Origin: a virus
Taxonomy: Duplodnaviria > Caudoviricetes
Direction: 5' to 3' (one strand)
Length of the DNA stretch: 31,968 nucleotides
Virus record (IMG/VR): IMGVR_UViG_3300001866_000029
Coordinates: 1 to 31,968 of that record
The notes under the pieces were generated by a model. That model did no database searches. It was given only the letters and a program-made list of their open reading frames with translations, and was not told where the DNA came from. This document shows, one piece after another, positions 14,384 through 23,053 of the stretch. The translations under genes were made by a program, and so were the position numbers. Numbering within the stretch: position 1 is the first letter of the stretch; the number at the start of each line of letters is the position of its first letter.

Positions 14384-14533
14384 TTAGATAATTTTTACAG
14401 TGTCTTGTGCCTTTACCGCCGCCCATAGTTCCGGGCAATATTCCGGGCAAACATGGAAAGGCGAGCCGTCCTTGAGTATCACATAGCTCCCGTCGTCCCG
14501 CCGTTCGATAATTTCATAGCCTGTGTTTTCCAT
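14384..14533 (-). CDS. 49-aa protein, possible minimal tail-fibre assembly chaperone; not in the ORF track
   Basis: MENTGYEIIERRDDGSYVILKDGSPFHVCPEYCPELWAAVKAQDTVKII; TAATG-coupled to the tail fibre. Confidence 0.65.
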   Translation of the reverse strand: MENTGYEIIERRDDGSYVILKDGSPFHVCPEYCPELWAAVKAQDTVKII

Positions 14534-16659
14534 TATGCTATCCTCTCATAGAACATTCGCAGATTTGCAGAAGCGGTGCCTGACATAAGGCCACCCGCGG
14601 CCGTGCCCGCCATTACGCTGTTGTAGGTAGCCCCATACGTTGCCACCCGGAACATCCATGTACCACCTGCCGGGAGCGTAACCTGTGCGCCTGATGCACA
14701 GTCAGCAACGCCCCTGTAGCCGATAATGCTTGTCGATGTGCGCGTAGGCATTGCTCCGGGAGTCGCCCCTGCACCAATAGCCGGGCCGAGTTGTGCTTTG
14801 GCCTTAGCCCCTGCATCATCCACGCCGCCAGCAAGGGTAGTCGTGCCGCCTGCGGGATTGGCAAGGGTCAGCGTTGCCGCGCTCTTGGCTATGGTGATTT
14901 GGTTGCCGAGGATGCCGGGAGCGGTCGTAGCTAGTGCGCCAGTGTATGAACTCCCATTAGCACGACCAGCAGTTATAACAATAGGAGCGCCCAATTGCGT
15001 AGCATATACTAATGGATTCGCAGCGGCTATTTTATAGTTAACTCCATCATAGATGCCCGGATTTGTACGATTTATTGCTCGTACAAACATAGATAATGTA
15101 TCAATATAGGTGACCTCGACTCGCACTTGCCCCTCAACCGTAGGCGTTTGCCCCACAAAAGTATAAACCTTCCCACCAATAGTCACAGTATCATCTACGC
15201 CGCCTGTGGCAAGTGCACCGGAGGCAGTGAGTTCAGAGCCAGCACCCGCAACGATTTCATACGTTGCACCGTTGCCCACGGTACCGCGAAGGATGGCCGT
15301 TACGGTAAGGATCGTGGCCGAAGCCGTGGCAGTAAACAGGCTATTAGCCGTACACTGATGTTTTGTGCCGAGCGTTCCAGCGGTGCCATTGACTGCATCT
15401 CGGGCATTGGTTAGGCAAGCCGCGACCGTCGCCTCAAGCAAGACCTCGCCTTCGGTAGGGGTCAGGGCAGATTTCCATGTGTAGGTTTTCGTGCCGACCT
15501 TGAAGGTGCTATCTGCCGCCGGAAGGCCGGTTGTGGTGGTCAGTGTACCAAATGCCGGGGTATTTACGTTCGTCCCGTTGCTCGTAATCGTCGCTGTTGC
15601 CGCCGCACCTACGCCCGCTGTGTCGCCAATCTGGTTGGCTATTCTGGCCGCTTCTTCGCTGAGGGAGCCGGGGAGGTAGGAGTAGTCGCCGATCCAAATG
15701 AAATCAAGTTCAAAAATATAACTTGCATCGGGTGAGAGGATAAGTACATGATTTGTCGCGGCTTGTAAAAGTTGTGCTGATACCACTGACCATATATTGC
15801 TTTTAAGCGTGATAGATGGCGCAGAACCTACACTAACACCAGAAAATATTTTGATTGTCGTGTCGCCAGAAATGCATCTTATTCTTGCAACAACCAATTT
15901 GCTATTTGACCCCGCGATTATTTTAAATATATCGCCTTTGAACGTGAGCACACCACCTGATACGCTAGGGGCAGGGCTGTAATCGCTAACCCAAGAATCA
16001 GTCGTTGCCCACGCATCCTGCGAATACACCGCCGTCGCCCCATCCGGCATCTTTGTGCGTCGGGTAAGGAAGAAATCGGCAAGGCCAGTGGCGTCTTTGA
16101 GTTGCTTGACGCTTGGCACACGGGTGTCATCGGTGCCTGTGACCAGCTCTGCGGCAGTGGCTATTTCAGCTGTGCCCCGCAGCGCCGTTGTCGCCTGTGC
16201 GATATTCGCCGTGTCCGCATCATCCGATACGGTGAGCGTTTTGGGGGTCGTACCGCCTGCGAGGGTGAAGCCGGTGGCAAGGTTGGATTTGCCTGTTGCC
16301 GCCAAGACAAGCGCCGTCCAGCCAGCTTGTGTCATGCGCTTTAGTGCCCCGCCTACAAGTACCCACCAATGGGCAGGGGCTGCGGTCACTTCGGCGGTCG
16401 CAACTGCAATAGCGGTGACGTTAGCCTCATCGGTCACATCCGCCAGCGCCTCGATGCCGCCCAGCTTCGTGATCTGCGCGGCGGTTGCTTTGCCCGGTAC
16501 GGATGCCGTTGCATCAGGCAGGCAGGCCGCGAGTGCTGTCGGGTTATCGAGCAAGTCGCAAGCGGCGTTAATCCCGTTGTCCATCGTCTGCAAGTTAGCC
16601 GCGCTCAGGGGCGGTGCCGCGCCGTTAGCCCATGTCTGCGGTGTGTATCCTATTGCCAT
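14533..16659 (-). CDS. Tail fibre / receptor-binding protein
   Basis: N-terminal YTPQTW.N...PLSAANL..MDNGI anchor motif; fibre repeat AT...RG.AEIAT.AE...GTDD; Ala/Thr/Gly-rich; duplicated beta domain. Confidence 0.85.
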   Translation of the reverse strand: MAIGYTPQTWANGAAPPLSAANLQTMDNGINAACDLLDNPTALAACLPDATASVPGKATAAQITKLGGIEALADVTDEANVTAIAVATAEVTAAPAHWWVLVGGALKRMTQAGWTALVLAATGKSNLATGFTLAGGTTPKTLTVSDDADTANIAQATTALRGTAEIATAAELVTGTDDTRVPSVKQLKDATGLADFFLTRRTKMPDGATAVYSQDAWATTDSWVSDYSPAPSVSGGVLTFKGDIFKIIAGSNSKLVVARIRCISGDTTIKIFSGVSVGSAPSITLKSNIWSVVSAQLLQAATNHVLILSPDASYIFELDFIWIGDYSYLPGSLSEEAARIANQIGDTAGVGAAATATITSNGTNVNTPAFGTLTTTTGLPAADSTFKVGTKTYTWKSALTPTEGEVLLEATVAACLTNARDAVNGTAGTLGTKHQCTANSLFTATASATILTVTAILRGTVGNGATYEIVAGAGSELTASGALATGGVDDTVTIGGKVYTFVGQTPTVEGQVRVEVTYIDTLSMFVRAINRTNPGIYDGVNYKIAAANPLVYATQLGAPIVITAGRANGSSYTGALATTAPGILGNQITIAKSAATLTLANPAGGTTTLAGGVDDAGAKAKAQLGPAIGAGATPGAMPTRTSTSIIGYRGVADCASGAQVTLPAGGTWMFRVATYGATYNSVMAGTAAGGLMSGTASANLRMFYERIA

Positions 16660-16687
16660 ATCCCCTCCTACGGGTGTGTTCCGTTAG

Positions 16688-16756
16688 TTACGGTCTAAAA
16701 AGACGCAAGAAAAGCCACGCCAGAGCCCACAAAGTTACGCCGAATGTTCTAAACAT
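16688..16756 (-). CDS. 22-aa hydrophobic micro-protein MFRTFGVTLWALAWLFLRLFRP
   Basis: Strong RBS TAAGGAG (overlapping the upstream stop) 6 nt before ATG. Confidence 0.55.
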   Translation of the reverse strand: MFRTFGVTLWALAWLFLRLFRP

Positions 16757-16766
16757 AATTGTCTCC

Positions 16767-19700
16767 TTACCATGCGATAGAGATTTGCGTATTTACAGTA
16801 GTTGTGCTTCCATAAGATATCTGTATGACGGATAGTGTCCCGGCGTCGATGCCATAAAAATCAACCCTTGAAGCACTAATCCTTTGCGCCTTACTAATTA
16901 TTGTGGTGCCTATTGCTCCCGATACTATTACAACGTCATCAACATCAAGCAAGGCAGGGGTAATAGCTTCAAACACACTGTTTCTAGTATAGGTTGCCGC
17001 GTGGATGCTTCCGGTCGGAATCCTTCCACCCGCGGTGTGCATGGCTCCAGATTTTGAATCTAGTGTCTTTATAGCTAATTCCAGTATCCCGTCAGTGACT
17101 GTCCCTAAATATTGCCACCTTATTGTATTGTCAACGACGAAAGCCCCTGTGCCGGTCGGCCCACCTGATGCGGCAGATGTTCCAGCAGATATGCAGTCGT
17201 AAGCATTACCGTCGTTTGACCGAATGTCTCCGACAGAGTAGGCAGTAGAAGCCTCCCATGCGATAACCGTTCTCTTGGCAACGTGCTTCCAATCGCCGAG
17301 AGAATCACCTCCAAAGTTGGACAGTACATCAAGCCCGCACATTGGCCCGGCGTAATTGTGCAAGGATAGATCACGCACATAATCATCAGTCCCGACAACG
17401 GCATGGAGCGAGTGCGTTGCTTCGGAGTCGCCCGATGCTACGTCCGGCGCCCGTGTTTCGGTGATAGTATGCAGTTCCCCGGTATTCGTGTTGCGGAAGG
17501 TGATAATCATGTTCGAGGTGCCGGGGATGTTGTGCGGCCATATTTCATACTGGCCTTCTGCCGTAGGGTCGCCTATAAGGATCTTTCCCTCAACGGTGGG
17601 AAGGATTATCGACCCGGTTAAATTGTAATATCCATCTTGACTTATGGTGTCATCGGCGCCGGATGCGTAGGTTAACAGAAGCGAGGTTGTGCCAATATAT
17701 GCCGTCGCGCACGTTTTGGAATTGAACGTCCCGCCACCTAGTGTATTTGTCACATAGCGGCGAAGCGGTGGAGACATATCGTTGATAAGTTCCGAGCCCT
17801 TCCAGTAGGTGTCAATCGATGCAGTGGCAAGCGTTCCCGATGCTATGTTTATGGTTCCAGCCACATTGTAATATCCGGCGTCATCTATAACCAGGACGGT
17901 CGAATCAGTGGAATTATAGACACCTATTGTATTGGCGGCAGGGCTAACCCAAGCATGGAGCATTTCACCAACACCATAATGCTGGAATAGCAATACATCG
18001 CCTACAGCTATTTCGGTTTCGTTGAACGCTTTCGGTGTTGCGCTTAATCCATCAATCACAGCTATTTGCACAGAGTTTTTGTAAAGAACGCAATACCCGC
18101 CGTTTGCAGTCACCCACGGCTTAACCTTGCCCAATACTCCGCTAGTTATCGAGATATAACTAGGATATGTTGCGGCGGCGTCTTGATACGCCGGAGTTTC
18201 AGCCGTCCCGCCTTTTACGCAATGGGTCACTGTCTTGGAGTCAAGTGTTGAGGCCGAGTCTACCGCGTGCCACGCTTCGGATAGTCCTGCGCAAAGGTCG
18301 ATTAGTTCCGAACCCGGCCAGTAGGTCGGCGTAGGTGCGTTTACAGTCTCGCCTGCCTGTGCCGCTATGGTGTCGAATGTGGGCGATTTAAGGAGGCCGG
18401 ATATCGTGAGGTTGCCGACGCGCAAGATGTCGATTATCGCTGCCCGGATGTGCGCCGTAGGGATGCTTACCGTGATACCGTAATCCGCTTCGGTGCCGTA
18501 GAGCGTCGCCGTGCCATCGGTATTGTACATCATGCAGACGGCTACGATATCGGACAGCGCCGCGTAGAGGTCAGCGGGATTCGTCGAGCGATTGTATGCG
18601 GATCCGTCCCAAACGAACACGCCGCGATTCGCATCCCCGGAGGTCGCGGAATAGCGGAGGTATTTGTCGCCGGGATTGGTTGCCGTAGGTGCCGCGTCAA
18701 GATGCGCGCCCAGGTATCCGGGGACGTAGACAGGCACGGCCGCCGCAACTTCGCTCGTGGTCTGCCCTGCGTCATCGCGGACCCAGGTTGTAGGAGTCGT
18801 GCCGATGTACTGGATGCCGCCATAAACCGCGTGTTGCCCGTCATAGTCCACGGTGTCAGGGGTTGCGCCGGCGGGGTCATTGGCCAGGGATTTGAGCGCC
18901 GGGAACTTTAGCGGTACTTTCGGTTGCGCGATTATCGGATTGCCAGCGGTAGGAGATGCCGTATACTCGCCCACGCCTTCACAGATAACTTCAAAGGTTT
19001 TCGGATCGGCCCCGTCGATAACTTCCAGCACGCGCAAGGTCTGCGTCGCCCCAAGCAGTACCGCATCGGCCAGGGTAACGATATCCCCAGGCAGTAACAC
19101 GTCGCCCCAGGGGTAGAGCGTGAGGCTGGGATATAGATCCAGGCCAGGGTAGAGAGTGTCGGAAGATAGCGCGGTTAGTGTTATCCGCTTGAAGTGATAG
19201 CGGTATATTGCGTTTTTATGCCATGCCGCGCGGCCATTCGCAATCCTCTCGGCTGCCGTCTTTGTCGTGATGGTATCGGTCTCGATGGTTTCGCGTTCCT
19301 CGCTCGATGCGACTATCTCAGCCTCGGCCTTGCACTTTGCATCTTTGACCGTAGCGTCGCCCACTATTCGGAGTTTCGTTATAACTCCGCCCGTTGCCGA
19401 GTAGAACCGCAAGAGCATCCCCATGCCGTCGGCTGTTGAGTCTTGCAGGGCAACGTCGCCCGTGTGATCCCACTGCAATGCAGGGCTATCCACGGCCACA
19501 AGTTCATAATCGGTGATCTTGTATTCAGCGCGTACCGATTTACCGCTTGCCGCGCCGTCAGGGAAATACTCGCCAGCGCCTAGGATAATGACGCAGGGCT
19601 GCGTCGCCGTCGCCCCTTGCGTATCCTCGAACACAATCTGGTCATCGAGCGCCTTGTGCGTCCAATACGTAACGTCCACAGCCTCGCTCTTGAACTCGTC

Positions 19701-20381
19701 CCGGTCGAAGGAATAGCCCTCGGCTATGTTGCCGCCTGATCCGGTTGCCAGGGTTGCTGTCGGGGTGTAGGTCGCAGGGTAAAGATTATATAGCTCGATG
19801 ACGCCATGGACGCTAGGCCGCACGGTGTAGACTGTATCGCGTAGCACTTCTTCAATAAGGCCGCGCAAGGATAACGCCTTGCCCGTGCCGTCGGCTACAT
19901 ATTTATCTACCACGGTATCAATGGCCGTGAGGTTTAACTCTGCATCGGCGTACCCGGCCAGGTAGAAAAGCTGGTGCAGGATCGATGCGGTTTTGGTTGT
20001 AGGATCGGATATCTTATACCCCGACCATACAATCGATGTGCGCACCTTTTTACGATCCATGCGGTACAGTACATCGACGCACTGGCATTCAAGCGCATCG
20101 ACCTGTAGCTGCCCCACCGATATTTTAACCGTTTTGCGGATGGTGCCCGTAAAGTACGGCGCTCCATCTTTGGTAATCGTGACTTCTGGATCGGTGCTTG
20201 CCGTTACAAACTGATTGATTAGCGCCGTATTCCGGTGCAGGGAGAATCGACACGTGCCGATAGACGGCCTCAGGGCGTTGTGGAGTATCCTATGCCGCTT
20301 GACCGGGTACTGGCCGACAAGGTAGCTCGTGCAATCAGTAGCGCCAGAGCCAAAGTCTATCGATACCGCGTACCTAGCCAT
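16767..20381 (-). CDS. Tail tip / hub-central fibre protein (1204 aa) with a C-terminal carbohydrate-binding-like motif
   Basis: Directly after the tape measure; hub-like N-terminal half, LYP repeats, WEASTAYSVGD...Y.C..AGTS...W.Y (CBM5/12-like). Confidence 0.8.
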   Translation of the reverse strand: MARYAVSIDFGSGATDCTSYLVGQYPVKRHRILHNALRPSIGTCRFSLHRNTALINQFVTASTDPEVTITKDGAPYFTGTIRKTVKISVGQLQVDALECQCVDVLYRMDRKKVRTSIVWSGYKISDPTTKTASILHQLFYLAGYADAELNLTAIDTVVDKYVADGTGKALSLRGLIEEVLRDTVYTVRPSVHGVIELYNLYPATYTPTATLATGSGGNIAEGYSFDRDEFKSEAVDVTYWTHKALDDQIVFEDTQGATATQPCVIILGAGEYFPDGAASGKSVRAEYKITDYELVAVDSPALQWDHTGDVALQDSTADGMGMLLRFYSATGGVITKLRIVGDATVKDAKCKAEAEIVASSEERETIETDTITTKTAAERIANGRAAWHKNAIYRYHFKRITLTALSSDTLYPGLDLYPSLTLYPWGDVLLPGDIVTLADAVLLGATQTLRVLEVIDGADPKTFEVICEGVGEYTASPTAGNPIIAQPKVPLKFPALKSLANDPAGATPDTVDYDGQHAVYGGIQYIGTTPTTWVRDDAGQTTSEVAAAVPVYVPGYLGAHLDAAPTATNPGDKYLRYSATSGDANRGVFVWDGSAYNRSTNPADLYAALSDIVAVCMMYNTDGTATLYGTEADYGITVSIPTAHIRAAIIDILRVGNLTISGLLKSPTFDTIAAQAGETVNAPTPTYWPGSELIDLCAGLSEAWHAVDSASTLDSKTVTHCVKGGTAETPAYQDAAATYPSYISITSGVLGKVKPWVTANGGYCVLYKNSVQIAVIDGLSATPKAFNETEIAVGDVLLFQHYGVGEMLHAWVSPAANTIGVYNSTDSTVLVIDDAGYYNVAGTINIASGTLATASIDTYWKGSELINDMSPPLRRYVTNTLGGGTFNSKTCATAYIGTTSLLLTYASGADDTISQDGYYNLTGSIILPTVEGKILIGDPTAEGQYEIWPHNIPGTSNMIITFRNTNTGELHTITETRAPDVASGDSEATHSLHAVVGTDDYVRDLSLHNYAGPMCGLDVLSNFGGDSLGDWKHVAKRTVIAWEASTAYSVGDIRSNDGNAYDCISAGTSAASGGPTGTGAFVVDNTIRWQYLGTVTDGILELAIKTLDSKSGAMHTAGGRIPTGSIHAATYTRNSVFEAITPALLDVDDVVIVSGAIGTTIISKAQRISASRVDFYGIDAGTLSVIQISYGSTTTVNTQISIAW

Positions 20382-22305
20382 TTGCGCCCGCCATGTTTAG
20401 CACCCCGGCTGCCTTGAGCTCTCGCCCGATAATCAGGGCAAATTGACCTATTCCATCCTCGCCCACAAGCGCCGAGGTTACAACGGAAACGTTGACCGTT
20501 ATATCGCGCGGCTTTGTGTACGTCGCCGTGCCGCCCGTTGTACTTGTCCCGCCACCGCCTGCCGCTACGAGATCGGATTCGGTTATCGCGGCCAGTTGCC
20601 CGTCGTTCCCGGCCCGGTATGCAAGCTGTTGCCCACCGAAGATCGAGCGTATCTTATTGACTACCCATACAATCGCGTTGTAAATCTGGTTGCCTACCCA
20701 GATAAAGCCGTTTGCTACCGGGCGGATCGCGTTATTATACAGCCAAATAAAAGCATCGGAAACCATTTTGATTACAGGCCCAAGCGCCGAGATTACAGGC
20801 GCTAATATCTTCCCTATCGTCATCCCCAGGATTCGCAAGATGCCCACAAGCGGCATGAGTACCGCATCGATGATCGGGCCTAGCACTTCCATAACCGCTC
20901 CGAGTACCGTCTGCAAGGGATTGAGTATCGCATTGACTGAGGCAAGGGGCGTTATCATTCCCAAGAGGCCATCGACGAGGGGAAGCACAGCGGATAAGAG
21001 CTTGCCGAAAATACCGCCTGATCCGCCCTCCCCGCCTTCTATGGTTCCAGCGGCATAACCCCCGATTTTTTTGTTAGGTATTACCGTTTCGCCACCGTTA
21101 AAATACACGACTTCCGGGCCTTCCTCGCCTACCATTGCCCAGCCTTTCTTTGCGCCATCTGTTCCCGATGCGTAGCCGGACATGGGAAGGTCGAAAACAG
21201 AAGCTGGGGTTCCTGTCCCGGTGAACTTTACGCCCTTTAAAAACTGGACAGCCTTGTCAATGCCGCCGATAATTTTATCAATAAAATCGACAACGGGCTT
21301 GAAGGCTCTTTCTATTACAGACACAACGGCGGTAACAATATTCTTGAAGCTCTCCCATACCTTTTTCCAGTCGCCGTTCACAATGCCGGAAATGAGGTTT
21401 AAGGTTTCCTTTAGAATCGTACCCACGCTTTTTATGTTCGGCCCGATTGTAGTTGTCCATACTTCGGAAAACCATTTTATTATCGGATCGATTGCCGGTT
21501 TCATTTCGGTGATAAACTTCGAGACATTAGCGAAAACTTCCTTGACTATAGGTGCAAAGCTCTTGATTGCGGGTATTAGTGGATCGTTCAGGAAGGCGAC
21601 AAGCCATTCAAGCACTGGTTGAACGGCGGGCATAAGTGCCTCGCCTAGTGCCGCCTTTGTATCGTCGATGGTGTTTTTAAGGTTACCAAGCGCAACAGAA
21701 GCAGAGCCGCCCATAGCATCGGCAAGCCCGCCATATTTAGAGGCGATGAGGTCAACTCCCGCGCCTGATTTGAGCTGCTCAGCGTCCAACTCTTTCATGC
21801 CATCAACAAAACTTCCAAGCTCTTTAGTCGATCCTGAGAACGTTTTATTTATCTGCTGAACGCTGGTATTTAGGTCTTTGCCAGTAACGGTTGACATATC
21901 AGCCGCAGCCGCTATGACCTTGCGAATTTGTTCTTCTGTTCGGCCAGAGGTGGCAAGGAATGAGGTCATGGAGAGAATTGCTTCATCATCTGCGCCGGTC
22001 TTTAGAGCCATAGCACCGGCATATTGTCGCAGTCTGTCAGCGGCACCGTCGGTGAGTTGCGCCGATTGCGCGATTGCAGCATTGAACGTCATGGTCGCTT
22101 TTTGCTGTTCCGCGTATTCGGTGAAAAACTCCCCAACGGTTGACGCTATTTTAGAAACTGCGTTGACTACATCGCCAGCCGTAACCTGTACGTTTTTAAG
22201 GAACCCCTGAGAGTCATCGGACATTTTCTTAATGCCGCCCGATGCTTGGAGCGCCGCCTGTGAGACTGTTTCACGTCCATTGATCTCTACGGTTACGCTG
22301 CTCAT
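20374..22305 (-). CDS. Tail tape measure protein (643 aa)
   Basis: Helical Ala/Gly-rich protein with aromatic periodicity and YASGT...AMVGEEGPE motif; start ATG 22305 is ATGA-coupled to the frameshifted chaperone. Confidence 0.9.
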   Translation of the reverse strand: MSSVTVEINGRETVSQAALQASGGIKKMSDDSQGFLKNVQVTAGDVVNAVSKIASTVGEFFTEYAEQQKATMTFNAAIAQSAQLTDGAADRLRQYAGAMALKTGADDEAILSMTSFLATSGRTEEQIRKVIAAAADMSTVTGKDLNTSVQQINKTFSGSTKELGSFVDGMKELDAEQLKSGAGVDLIASKYGGLADAMGGSASVALGNLKNTIDDTKAALGEALMPAVQPVLEWLVAFLNDPLIPAIKSFAPIVKEVFANVSKFITEMKPAIDPIIKWFSEVWTTTIGPNIKSVGTILKETLNLISGIVNGDWKKVWESFKNIVTAVVSVIERAFKPVVDFIDKIIGGIDKAVQFLKGVKFTGTGTPASVFDLPMSGYASGTDGAKKGWAMVGEEGPEVVYFNGGETVIPNKKIGGYAAGTIEGGEGGSGGIFGKLLSAVLPLVDGLLGMITPLASVNAILNPLQTVLGAVMEVLGPIIDAVLMPLVGILRILGMTIGKILAPVISALGPVIKMVSDAFIWLYNNAIRPVANGFIWVGNQIYNAIVWVVNKIRSIFGGQQLAYRAGNDGQLAAITESDLVAAGGGGTSTTGGTATYTKPRDITVNVSVVTSALVGEDGIGQFALIIGRELKAAGVLNMAGANG

Positions 22306-22583
22306 TTGTCCCTCATCTTTTCGTTCATGCGCTCGACCCATCGTACCCGCGCGATATTGTAAATCAGCATATCACGCGCGGGCTGGGCTTTGTAGCCGCC
22401 GTCGCAAGGATAGTGTCGCATGGTGCCCTTGCCGTCGATCATGTCTGCCATGTCACGCACCCAAGGGCTCCACGCAAGCATCAGGGAGCTGGGGCCGTCG
22501 CTCCAATCATCTTCGAATTGGCTGCCGTCGAAGATCCAGTCTGTAACGTCTCGGATTTGCGCGACAGCCTCAAGGCCAAAGGG
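22302..22583 (-). CDS. -1 frameshift extension of the tail assembly chaperone (gpGT equivalent)
   Basis: Slippery C-CCT-TTG at 22577-22583; the -1 frame is open for 93 codons to the TGA overlapping the tape measure ATG. Confidence 0.8.
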   Translation of the reverse strand, partial: PFGLEAVAQIRDVTDWIFDGSQFEDDWSDGPSSLMLAWSPWVRDMADMIDGKGTMRHYPCDGGYKAQPARDMLIYNIARVRWVERMNEKMRDK

Positions 22584-23053
22584 AGATTTTGCTCAGTAAC
22601 ACGCGCAAGTATTTCGTTTGCCACATCCGAATACTGCATGATCTCAGCCGCCCACGCGCTCGAAGGCTTGCCGTTATCCGTCATATTCGTTGCCTCAATG
22701 CCGTACACTAGCCGCAAGGTGTTTTCCTCGACCTTGCCTACCATGTCAGCCGTTGCGTGTTCCATCACCTGCATGGCGATATCCTTTTTCATCTTGTCGG
22801 ATACGCCCATAATGCGCTCAGCTTCGCTCTCAGGCTCAGGCATTCCGTCGATTATCGATGCCGCAATGGCTTTCGACTTAACGATGCTCCTTGTCTGAGC
22901 GGCCAATATCTCGGCCTCGCCCTGCTTCGTGTAGCGTCGCGTCTGAACCCAAAAACCCGGAAGGCTTTCAAGCTCGAACCTCTCGCCTATCGTAACACGG
23001 TCAGCCGCGATTTTCCAATCAATCGACGGCTTTTTCATCTTCTTTTCGGCCAT
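22481..23053 (-). CDS. Tail assembly chaperone (gpG equivalent)
   Basis: Between the tail tube and tape measure genes; contains the slippery heptamer. Confidence 0.8.
   Translation of the reverse strand: MAEKKMKKPSIDWKIAADRVTIGERFELESLPGFWVQTRRYTKQGEAEILAAQTRSIVKSKAIAASIIDGMPEPESEAERIMGVSDKMKKDIAMQVMEHATADMVGKVEENTLRLVYGIEATNMTDNGKPSSAWAAEIMQYSDVANEILARVTEQNLPLALRLSRKSETLQTGSSTAANSKMIGATAPAP

Noticed and set aside
14533-18200. Diversity-generating retroelement or invertible cassette acting on tail fibres
   Set aside because: No reverse transcriptase, no near-identical TR/VR pair differing at adenines, and no invertase or crossover repeats seen; the internal repeats are old and diverged.
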